A stretch of 64,000 nt of DNA from Octopus vulgaris. Taxonomy: Eukaryota. The translations under genes and the position numbers were made by a program. The number at the start of each line of letters is the position of its first letter. Position 1 is the stretch's first letter. Below the pieces are notes generated by a model that was given only the letters and a program-made list of their open reading frames with translations, was not told where the DNA came from and did not search any database. The DNA is taken from assembly GCA_951406725.2 (NCBI GenBank), contig OX597814.1, positions 115,568,001-115,632,000 on the forward strand. Direction: 5' to 3'. Shown piece after piece: positions 1-10,095 of this stretch.

Positions 1-1112
1 TATATGACAGGCTTCTTTCAGTTTCCATCTACCAAATCCACTCAGAAGGCTTTGGTTAGACTGAGGCTATAGTAGAAGACACTTGCCCAAGATGCCACAC
101 AGTGGGACTGAACCTGGAACCATGTGGTTGGTAAGCAAGCTACTTACCACACAGCCACTCCTGCACCTGCATACATTTAACCCTTTAGTGTCAGATTATT
201 CTGTTAAATGTGATACTTTTTCACTCAAATTGTTTTGAATTAATCATGCATTATCTTATAGCTTTTGAGGTTTCAATGATGTGATTGTTTATTTTTAGAA
301 TGTCAGTGTAGGTTCGGTGTGAGAGGCTAGATATGGCCAGTTTGAATATAAAACATGTAGAATATTTGGGCCGGATATGGCCAGTTTAAACACTAACTTA
401 GTTTTCAGTGGGATTCAGCGTGATACCGAATGTGATGAGGTTGGCCCTTTGAAATACAGGAACAATTCAATATTGCCAGCTGAGTGGACTGGGACCACAG
501 GAAACACAGTCTCCTGCTCACATGAACGTAACTGACTACCACAAAACATTTTGTCTGACTTTCTTCCGATCCTGCCATCCATCCTCTATTTGGTGTGTTC
601 CCTATTTAACTCCACACGAGCTTATGTAATGTCACTTGTAGTTGAGCTAACCTTCAGTAACATAGAAGAGCAAATCAAAAGATAAATGGTGATGGTGGTG
701 GTGGCAGCGGCGGCAGAGACGACTTCTGCACCACCAGCAATGAAAATGATGTTTCCTTTGGTAGTAACAATAGTAGTAACCACTACTCAACATATCTCTT
801 CTTCGTTCCTCCTTTCTCTCCTTCCGTCTCAACAGATAAAGTAGAAACCTAAATTGATATTAATTTATATTTTCTCACAGCTCTATATGTCATGACCTAT
901 TGCTCTATTTATTTTCAGTGCTTGGGGAAAGACTCTAGTATTTCAATGTGTCCATTAATACACAAAATTTAACTGTTCCCATATCCTCCCCCGCCACACC
1001 CTCTGCCTTTGATTAATTGTCAAGGTCAGTATTTGATGTTTTCTTGTTTTTACACAGCAAAGTTTATCTCACATATCTTGACTAAATGTCATCCTTTCGT
1101 CTTCTCTTTCAG

Positions 1113-1242
1113 TTTTTTCCTCATCAATGTTGGCTTTATATACATGTACTACAGCACTTTCCAGCGTGTTGAAGATGAAGAATATGGTGGATCAGCAGAG
1201 ATTTTAAAAGAAGGATTGATGACTTCGTTTTCCTCATTTCTA
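1113..1242 (+). CDS. RAB5IF: RAB5IF/C20orf24-like (Rab5ip/EMC6-family small ER membrane protein), penultimate coding exon
   Basis: Acceptor cttctctttcAG (1111-1112), donor GTTAGT (1243). Encodes FFLINVGFIYMYYSTFQRVEDEEYGGSAEILKEGLMTSFSSFL, matching the recalled human C20orf24 segment FCLINAGVLYLYFSNYLQIDEEEYGGTWELTKEGFMTSFALFM. Upstream exons were not found and probably lie outside the window. Confidence 0.88.
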
Positions 1243-3111
1243 GTTAGTACCCTTTTTTTTTTAAATAAAATTTATCCATTGTTTATATGAACATAACTAT
1301 ATATATACTTATATACTGTGATCTACGATTTATGGTGATGGGTCCACATAAAAAGCACTGGTGCTAGTGCCACCTAAAAAGCACTAGTGCTTGTGCCACA
1401 TAAAAATGGGTGCTTTTACATGCCACTTGCATGACACTAGTATCTTCCACAAATAGAATTTCACTTGGGTCGATGGGCCTGTCTTCTGCTCAAGCACAGT
1501 GTTTTGCCACTGGTCTTGGTCATTTGTCATCACCTCCGTGAGGCCCAGCACTCGAAAGGTGCTTGTTACATGTCACCAGTACAATCGTAATCATCATCAT
1601 CATTTAACGTCCGCTTTCCATGCTAGCATGGGTTGAACGGTTTGACTGAGGTCTAGCGAATCTGATGGCTGCACCAGGTTCCAATCTGATCTGGCAGAGT
1701 TTCTGCAGCTCGATGCCTTTCCTAATGCCAACTGGTCCAAGAGTGTAGAGGGTGCTTTTACTTGACACCGGCACAAGGACCAGTCAGGTGGTACTGGCAG
1801 CGGCCACGCTCAAATGGTGCTTTTTATGTGCCACCTGCACAGGAACCAGTCAGGCGGCACTGGCAATACAATGTGAATAAATATCCATTAAATTTGACAG
1901 AGTAATCTGAGTGTTAAAGGGTTGATGCAGTAAGCTGGCAGAATTGTTAGAGCATCAGGAAAACTGCCTGGCAATATTTGTTCTGACCCATTACATTTTG
2001 AGTTCAAATCCCACCGAAGTCACTTCTGCTTGTCATCCTTTTGGGGTTAATAAAATGATATTCAGTATGTTAGGCAGTTCCTATGATATTTGGTATGGTA
2101 GGCAGTTCCTATCTTGAATCAAATAGATCGTTAGCAACATTTTCCTTTCATGGTAAAATACGCACCTAATTCAATAAAATCATGAAGTTTAATCTGATTA
2201 CTATGCATAAAATACAAAATATTAAATTTTTTTATAGATTAGGTAAGCATCCTTCGCCCCTGATTTTCAATCTCAGTATTAAAGCTACACATTGTACTGC
2301 TGTAGTACACATGCTGCATACACTCCTACAACAATGCTTTCTTTACCTGCTATAACGACAGAAGTAAATCTGTCTTCAACTCAGTTGCACGCCTCTGTTT
2401 CGCTTATTTTTTGTGTATTTCACTACATAAAGGTCGCCAACTGCCTACCCTGAGTAATTACTGACGGCATATGCCTGGAGCAATGGTATCAACTTACCCT
2501 TCTCCTTAAAATTACAGGCCTTGCGTCAAAATTTAAAATTGTTATTATCATTATAGGCACAGCCATGGCTGTGTGGTTAAGAACTTTGCTTCCCAACCAC
2601 ATGATTTCAAGTTCAGTCCCACTCTGTGGCACCTTGAGCAAGTGTCTTCTACTATAGCCTTGGGCTGACCAAAGCCATGTGAGGAGACTTAGTAGACAGA
2701 AACTAAAAGAAGCCCATCGTCTATACATGTGTGCGTATGCGTGTCTTTGTGTCTGTGTTTGTCCCCCCACCACCACTTGACAGCTGGTGTTGGTGTGTTT
2801 ACGTTCCTGTAACTTAGCAGTTCGGCAAAAGAGACTGATATGAGTATCAGGCTTTACAAAAAAAAATGAATACTGGGGTCAATTCATTTGACAAAAAATT
2901 CTTCAAGGCTTTCAATTTTTAGTTGAATAAATCAACCCCAGTACTTTTTGATTTTTTGTTTTTCAAGTTTGGTACTAATTCTATTAGACACTTTTGCCAA
3001 ACTGCTATGTTAGAGGGATGTAAACACACCAACACTGGTTGTCAAACAATGGAATGGGACAAAAACAGACACACACACACCATCATCATCATCGTTTAAC
3101 ATCTGCTTTCC

Positions 3112-3152
<41 letters not shown>

Positions 3153-3364
3153 TCACCATGATAGATCGGTAGCCACTACATACATTTTTTTTCTCTCCTT
3201 GTTTTTTCTGTGTCCCTTTCTGTAGAAGAGCGTAGGCTCGAAATGTAAAAGACTTTTTTCAATTCCTGAGTTTTATACTAATACATCTGTTTGTTTTCTA
3301 CACCACCTGTCTTCATCTTTTGTTTTTTTCATGAACTCTCCCTATAGATATATTTATATATATA

Positions 3365-3419
<55 letters not shown>

Positions 3420-3652
3420 ATTTCTTTATTATCCACAAGGAGCTAAACATAGAGGGGACAAACAAGGACAGACATAGGTATTAAGTCGATTACATCGACC
3501 CCAGTGCATAACAGGTACTTAATTTATCGACCCCAAAAGGATGAGAGGTAAAGTCGACCTCAGCGGAATTTGAACTCACAACGTAACGGCAGACGAAATA
3601 CCGCTCAGCATTTCGCCCGACGTGCTAACATTTCTGCCAGCTCTCCGCCTTA
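3420..3652 (-). mobile_element. tRNA-derived SINE with a Meta-like central domain, representative copy
   Basis: Minus strand GGCGGAGAGCTGGCAGAA...GAGTTCAAATTCC...GTCGACTTTACCTCTCATCCTTTTGGGGTCGATAAATTAAGTACC. Copies at ~7690-7910, 9460-9683, 21940-22320, 34285-35130, 42840-43056, 53590-53810. Confidence 0.8.
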
Positions 3653-4111
3653 TATATATACCTGAGTAAGCACATAGATGTGAAATAAGATGGGAAAAAA
3701 TAGTACTCGAATACCGGAGTTAGAGTAATGTGCTTTATTATTAAATCTGCAAAAGCATCACAAAAATATCCCAAAACACTGCTACTCAGAGTTTCCTGTT
3801 CCCGGTTAATGGGACAAGAATTAAGGTTATGTTTTCTTCGATTCTATACAAAATGATATTTAATTTTATATCACCATTTCTTTAAAAAAACAATTAGTTG
3901 AAACAACCAATGAAACGAAACCAAATTCAAATGTGTGTGTGTCAATGTAAATTGTACAATATATTTACACATATAACATTAATTCTTGTCCCATTCTTAA
4001 TCACAACTGTCTGACAAATGGGAACGTGAAAATCTGAGTAGCAGGTTTTTGTGGTATTTTTACAGCTTTAATAATAAAGTATATATATATGTGTATCTAT
4101 CTATATGTATA

Positions 4112-4141
<30 letters not shown>

Positions 4142-4142
<1 letters not shown>

Positions 4143-4550
4143 GCACAGGAGTGGCTGTGTGGTAAGTAGTTTGCTTACCAACCACATGGTTCCGGGTTCA
4201 GTCCCACTGCATGGCACCTTGGGCAAGTGTCTTCTACTATAGCCTCAAGCCGACCAAAGCCTTGTGAGTTGATTTTTTAGACAGAAACTGAAAGAAGCCC
4301 GTCATATATATGTGCATAAATATATATATATATATATGTACATGTGTGTATATGTTTGTGTGTCTGTCTTTGCCCCCCCCCACATCACTTGACAACTGAT
4401 GCTGGTGTATTTACATCACCATAACTTAGCGGTTCAACTAAAGAGACCGATAGAATAAGTACTTGGCTTACAAAGAATAAGTCCTGGGATCGATTTGCTC
4501 GACTAAAGGCGGTGCTCCAGCAAATGACTGAAACAAGTAAAAGAGTAAAT
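4142..4550 (+). mobile_element. tRNA-derived CORE-like SINE, representative copy
   Basis: Pol III A/B boxes (TGGCTGTGTGG, GTTCAGTCCC), CCTTGGGCAAGT core, internal (TA)n, tail GACTGAAACAAGTAAAAGA. Other copies at ~1-170(-), 2556-2905(+), 7300-7678(-), 24465-25450(+), 46640-47015(+), 53247-53590(-), 55870-56303(-). Confidence 0.85.
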
Positions 4551-5069
4551 GAGTAAAGAGTATATATAAACTTATATATATATAAATTTATTAACAGAAG
4601 TCGCGATGCATGGCGTTCAGTTATTCCATAAATGATAAATGCATTAAATACTACAAAACGTACATGTAGGGCAGACACAGAAGGACCCTAATTCGTCATC
4701 TGTTATCAACCAAAAATACTAATACTCATTAAAGGCACAAAACTGAGTATTAGTATTTTTGGTCGATAACTGATGAAAAATTAGGATCCTTCTGTATCTG
4801 CCCCTACATGTACATTTTTCATTTATTATACACACATACATATATATATAAACACAATAGGCTTCTTTCAGTTTCTCTCTATCAAATCCACTCACAAGGC
4901 TCTGGTCAGTCTGAGGCTATAGCAGAAGACACTTGCCCAAAGTGCCCAGCTGTGGGACTGAACTCAGAACCATTTTGGTTGGGAAGCAAGTTTCTTACCA
5001 CACAGCCATACCTGTTCAATATTTTTACCAAACATTTTACAATCTTTTTTTTTTTTCTTTTAATTTCAG

Positions 5070-5114
5070 GTTGTTTGGATTGTTTTGTACTCATCTTTAT
5101 ACTCAGATTTATAG
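5070..5114 (+). CDS. RAB5IF: RAB5IF/C20orf24-like terminal coding exon
   Basis: Long polypyrimidine tract then CAG (AG 5068-5069); phase 0 matches the upstream donor. Encodes VVWIVLYSSLYSDL-TAG (human VIWIIFYTAIHYD*). Confidence 0.85.
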   Translation, partial: VVWIVLYSSLYSDL

Positions 5115-5229
5115 CAGGCACATATGTATATATATATGTATACACATTATATATGTATGTGTGTGTGTGTCTGTGTGTGTGTCAACACTGTACGGTTCTT
5201 TCCTTGTTTGAAAAACTGCCTTCTAACAG

Positions 5230-5235
5230 AATAAA
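5230..5235 (+). terminator. candidate polyadenylation signal of the RAB5IF-like gene
   Basis: AATAAA about 115 nt after the stop codon, followed by T-rich sequence; other AATAAA motifs occur further downstream. Confidence 0.4.
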
Positions 5236-5707
5236 ACTTTTTTCGATATATGGTTGGCACTAGAATATTCGAAGCTGATTCTCATCTTACCCAACAAGGT
5301 ATAATTCCAACATAACTACTTCACCATGGTTGTTAAACTAAACTCATACACACGTCTTATCAACATTTGTTCTGTTTCGTTGCCATTTAATCCAACACAG
5401 CTCTTTTGGTTGTTTTCTCAGACTTTGAGTAACACAACTTCAAAGTAGTTTATTATTGCGTCACAATGTTGGCAGACTTCTGAAGTGAGAAGGAGTGGGG
5501 GTGCCGAGGGGAGAGAGAGAGAGAGAGAAAAAAATAAACTGGAAAACAGAAGAAATAATAGTTTGCTGCCATAATAATCAAAAGATGGTTTCATCATCCT
5601 CAATAAAATATTAACAAACTGGAAATTGTATTGATTTTGTTGTTATTGTTGTTGTCATTTAGCCCCAGTACTACAGTACCATTCCTGTTATAGTGCCAGG
5701 AATAATA

Positions 5708-6269
5708 TTGGGTTGTCCAGAAAGTTCATGCCAATTTTTAAAGGAAAGAAAAAGGTCAATAAATACCTGCCATTACATTTTTAATCAACCAAATATGAAC
5801 CATTTTGTTGCACAATGCGTCTCCATCTTTCCTTTAACTTGAAAATACCCTCTTCCCAGAATTGAGGTGGTTTCACGGCAAAGAATTCATCAAAGGTATC
5901 TTTTTATGTCATTCAAGGAATTGAAATTTTTACCATTAAGACTATTCTGCAGAGACCTGAATAAGTGGAAATCTGAAGGAATGACATCTGGTGAATATGG
6001 AGGGTGGGGTAACACATCACAGCCCGAGCTGCAGCAATTTTTGTCTGGTTCCCAAAGCATCAAGTGCCGAAAATGAACTTACTTATTTTAAAGGGTTACA
6101 GAATTAACACAGGTTATAGGAACATAAACCTTCTTCCACGAAAATATAGCTTAAATTGTGCTCTGAATGACAGTGTAGTCAAATCCTATTTTATGGACTC
6201 AACCATGTTCTAAAGTTAAGTCGAAAAGTAAGCTACTATAAATCGGCATGAACTTTCCGGACAACCTAA
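5708..6269 (-). mobile_element. internally deleted mariner (Tc1/mariner) element
   Basis: TIRs TTGGGTTGTCCAGAAAGTTCATGCC / GGCATGAACTTTCCGGACAACCTAA with TA flanks; the minus strand encodes the remnant LPHPPYSPDVIPSDFHLFRSLQN...ERWRRIVQQNGSY. Confidence 0.9.
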
Positions 6270-6620
6270 TACATGCACACATGCCAAAACATCCTAAAAA
6301 TTTGATTTTGATAGAGAAATATTCTTTCTGCACACAGAACAGCATAAAAATACCAAAATCAGTTCAAAGCACCGTCTCGCAGATTGACGGATGCATTTCA
6401 AATTAGTTATGAGCATCAAATGCCAAAGAAAGGCAGCTCCAAACTAAGAGATTAAGTTTATCTTGCAGAAATCAATCAAAATATTTTGACTGGTTACACT
6501 TTTTAGACTGCCCAGTCATGTGAATTCCAGATTAGAAGTGCCAAGGAGGGACTGAAAGAAATGTAAACTTGTTACCAGTTCAAAATATGTTTAAGATATG
6601 TTTGACTATCCTTCTTATGG

Positions 6621-7105
6621 CGTAGTGGTTAAGAGCATGGGCTATTAACCCCAAGATTCCGAGTTCGATTCCAGGCAGTGACCTCATCATCATCATTGTT
6701 TAACGTCCATTTTCCATGCTAGCATGGGTTGGACGATTTTGACTGAGGGCTGGCAAACCAGATGGCTGCACCAGGCTCCAATCTTGATCTGGCAGTGTTT
6801 CTACAGCTTAATGCCCTTCCTTACGCCAACCGCTCCGAGAGTGTAGTGGGTGCTTTTTACGTGCCACCGGCATGGGGGCCAGTCAGGCGGTACTGGCAAT
6901 GACATCGCTCGAATCTTTTTACACATGCCACCGGCACAGGTGCCAGTAAGGTGACCTGAATAATAATAATATCGAAAAATACCTTAGAAATGAGAACCCA
7001 GGTTCGAAATTTTCCCAAGACACCTGATGAAGGCTGGAGGGGTATATCAGCCGAAACGTGTTAACAACAAACAAGATGAGGACAAATATCCGTCAAATGT
7101 AAATA
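6621..7105 (+). mobile_element. tRNA-headed SINE-like element with a hammerhead-ribozyme-like 3' part, interrupted by a nested RTE tail at 6685-6950
   Basis: A box TGGCGTAGTGG and B box GTTCGATTCC; core CTGATGA-A-GGCTG..CAGCC-GAAAC at 7024-7057; 13-bp TSD ATCCTTCTTATGG at 6608-6620 and 7106-7118. Confidence 0.75.
6685..6950 (-). mobile_element. 5'-truncated RTE LINE 3' tail with (GAT)n end, nested
   Basis: Same sequence as other tails in the window; 7-bp TSD GTGACCT at 6678-6684 and 6951-6957. Confidence 0.85.
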
Positions 7106-7514
7106 ATCCTTCTTATGGGTTCAAACCTATTTAAACTGTTATTAACTTTATATTTCTTTCAATCCCTCTTTAGTACTTTTAATCCAGTTTTATATTAATA
7201 TCTAAAGAGACAAAAAAAAAAGAAAATAAGATCCCAAGTAACAATCCCTTACTGAGATATTGTTTCTTGGGATCCTATTTTCTACAAACGGAATAATATC
7301 TCTTTTACTTGTTTCAGTCATTTAACTATGGCCATGCTGGAGCACCGCTTTTAGTCGAGCAAATCGACCCCAGGACTTATTCTTTGTAAGCCTAGTACTT
7401 ATTCCATCGGTTTCTTTTGCCAAACCGCTAAGTTATGGGGACGTAAACACACCAGCATCGGTTGTCAAGTGATGTTGGGGGGACAAACACAGATACACAA
7501 ACATATACACACAC

Positions 7515-7554
<40 letters not shown>

Positions 7555-7949
7555 GCATATATACGACGGGCTTCTTTCAGTTTTTGTCTACCAAATCCAC
7601 TCACAAGGCCTTGGTTGGCCCGAGACTATAGTAGAAGACATTTGCCCAAGATGCCACGCAGTGGGACTGAACCTGGAACAGATATATATATTGCTTTATT
7701 GCCCACAAGGGGCTAAACATAGAGGGGACAAACAAAGGGATTAAGTCGATTACATCAACTCCAGTGCGAAACTAGTACTTGATTTATCTGCCCCGAAAGG
7801 ATGAAAGCAAAGTCAACCTTGGTGGAATTTGAACTCAGAACGTGACGACAGACGAAATACTGCTAAGCATTTCACCCGGAGCGCAAACATGTCTGCCAGC
7901 TTGCTGCCTTAGACACACAGACATATATATATATATACGTTGAAACCGC

Positions 7950-8275
7950 ATGGCTCAGTGGTTAGAGTGTCAGGCTCACAATCATGAGGTAGGTAATTCA
8001 ATTCTTGGACTGGGCTGTGTTGTTCTTGAGCAAGACTCTTTATTTCACATTGATCAAGTTCATTCAGCTGTAGAAATGAGTTGCGACATTTCTGGTGCCA
8101 AGTTATATCAGCCTTCGCTTTTTTCTAGAACAACATCAGTGCCATGGAGAGGGAAGGCCGGTATGCATGGATGACTGCTGGTCTACCATAAACAAATTTG
8201 CCTAGACTTGTATCTCAAAGGGGAACTTTCTAGGTGCAATCCCATGGTCATTCATGACCGAAGGGGGTCTTTTAT
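7950..8275 (+). mobile_element. third tRNA-derived SINE family
   Basis: TGGCTCAGTGGTTAGAG head; a homologous copy lies on the minus strand at ~20530-20830. Confidence 0.7.
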
Positions 8276-8484
8276 AATACAACAGGCTATTTTCACTTTC
8301 CATCTACCAAATCCACTCACAAATCTTTGGTCAGCCCAGGGATATAGTAGAAGGCACTTGCCCAAGATGACACTTCCTGGAACCATGTGGTTGGGAAGCA
8401 AACTTCTTAGCACATAGCCATGCCTGCATCTACGAGGGGAAGTCAAAATTTATCCACACTTTAACCATAACATCTTTATTATTG

Positions 8485-9116
8485 AACAGTTGTATACTGT
8501 CAACTTAACGTGACAGTCCCATAAAGGGAATCACACCACCGCTGTTTAGCCCTAGGAAGCATCAACTCTTCCTGTTGGCCGTGACGCATTTCCTGTGTCC
8601 TTACGTTTACAAGGTGGAGACAAGCACCCCCATCCAGCTAAGCCTGCATCCAGAGACTAGTTTCTGAGTCTTGCTCGTCATCAGTCTGGAGTAGCATGGC
8701 TTGCTAGCTGCAGATGCCTGTCTAGACCTTGTAAACATATAATAATTCCAGTGAGATAAATCTACTGATCACAAAAAATAGAAATATTATATTTCTAAAT
8801 ATTTCAGGGAGATATAAGCAGTGGTGGTACGATAGGCATCTGCAGCTAGCAAGCAGTGCTACTCCAGACTGACAAGCAAAATTTAGAAACTAGTCTCTGG
8901 GTGCAGGCTTAGCTGGATGGAAGTGCTTGTCTCCCCTTTGTAAACATAAGAACACAGGAAATGTCAAGGCCGACAAGAAGCGTTGATGCTTCCTAAGGCT
9001 AAATAACGGTGGTGTGATTCCCTTTATGGGACTGTCACGTTAAGTTGACAGTATACAACTGCTCTATCGTACCACCACTGCTTATATCTCTCTGAGATAT
9101 TTAGAAATATATTTCT
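8485..9116. mobile_element. hammerhead-containing ~350-bp monomer plus inverted partial copy (Penelope pLTR/retrozyme-like), inserted in the mariner
   Basis: 13-bp TSD ATCTTTATTATTG at 8472-8484 and 9117-9129; arms 8485-8719 and 8834-9062 are inverted; hammerhead core on the minus strand at 8649-8690. Confidence 0.8.
8649..8690 (-). ncRNA. type I minimal hammerhead ribozyme motif
   Basis: TCCAGA-CTGATGA-C-GAG-CAAGA-CTC-A-GAAA-CTAG-TC-TCTGGA: 6-bp stem I, 3-bp stem II, palindromic stem III (ACTAGT), GUC cleavage triplet. The C.A opposition at the base of stem II is atypical. Confidence 0.7.
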
Positions 9117-10095
9117 ATCTTTATTATTGTCACACTGCCTTCTGTGCACGTGCACTTATAGTTGGTACTATTGTGGTCATATAATCAAAGTTTGAGCCTG
9201 AATACGCCATTTTTCTTTATGGCTTTACAGTGTAAGCATGGCTGCACCACTGGTAATGTGCATCAAAGAACTAAGGAGCAGTGATCTGATTGCTCTGGAA
9301 AAGAGGTGTACAATCAACAGTGCAAGATACAGTGCTTTGCTAGCTAATAAACTGAAGACAGCAATTCGCACCAAATGCCGAAACCTATTGTCGAAGTTTT
9401 GTTGTTGCATGACAATGCATGCTATCACATGGCTGCCCAGACCTTTGAAAGCATTAACCTATTTCTTTACTACCCACAAGGGGCTAAACACAGAGTGGAC
9501 AAACAAACGGATTAAGTTGATTACATTGATCCCAGTGCGTAACTGGTACTTATTTAATCAACCCCAAAAGGATGAAAGGCACAGTCAACCTCGGCGAAAT
9601 TTGAACTCAGAACGTAACGGCAGACGAAATACTGCTACGCATTTCACTCCGCGTGATAATGACTCTGCCAGCTCACCACCTTACACATTGAAAGCATTAA
9701 ACAATTGGGTTTTGAGGTACTGGAACACCCTGCCTACAGACCAGAGCTTGCCCCTTTCTGACTATCATCATCTTTGGATCACTCAAAGATGGTTTACAAG
9801 GTCGATGATTTCCTATGGATGATGTGAAGTAAGCAGTGAATATGCAAGCTTGTGGACCACTGGACCAAGGGCATCAAAAAAGGAGACTATATATCTGTTT
9901 ATCTCCTGCTTTTGTGTAAATATATTGAAAAAACAAGAGCGCGTATAATTTTTGACTCTCCCTCGTATATAGTTGATTAATTTAACCCATAGTATTGCTG
10001 GGAGAGGTAAAATGGGAAAGGGAAAGCAGTTTTTAGTGGGGTCCCCCCACTTTTTTTTGTAATGAAATCAAAAATTTTAAAAAAAAAAGGAACAA

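Larger units (their letters stand above)
8433..9965 (+). mobile_element. decayed mariner element with nested insertions
   Basis: TIRs CGAGGGGAAGTCAAAATT / AATTTTTGACTCTCCCTCG with TA flanks; degenerate transposase remnants (TINSARY; a HPAYRP-LAPSDYH-like segment). Confidence 0.82.

Noticed and set aside
647-832. His/Cys-rich small ORF and the many other 60-200 aa ORFs in the track
   Set aside because: They derive from microsatellites, SINEs, RTE tails or the antisense strand of real exons, with no recognisable protein motifs or splice support.
4770-4790. Hammerhead core at CTGATGAAAAATTAGG
   Set aside because: There is no stem II followed by GAAA, and the mirrored arm lacks the box.
6618-6684. 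tRNA gene (also tRNA-like heads at ~7950 and ~38890)
   Set aside because: A and B boxes are present, but there is no complete cloverleaf or acceptor stem, and each continues into a SINE body.
8862-8900. Functional hammerhead in the inverted arm
   Set aside because: The core has lost part of CTGATGA (it reads CTGACAAGC) and stem II is disrupted.
9238-9822. 194-aa ORF as a novel gene
   Set aside because: It is a chance read-through across a decayed mariner and a nested SINE (9460-9683).
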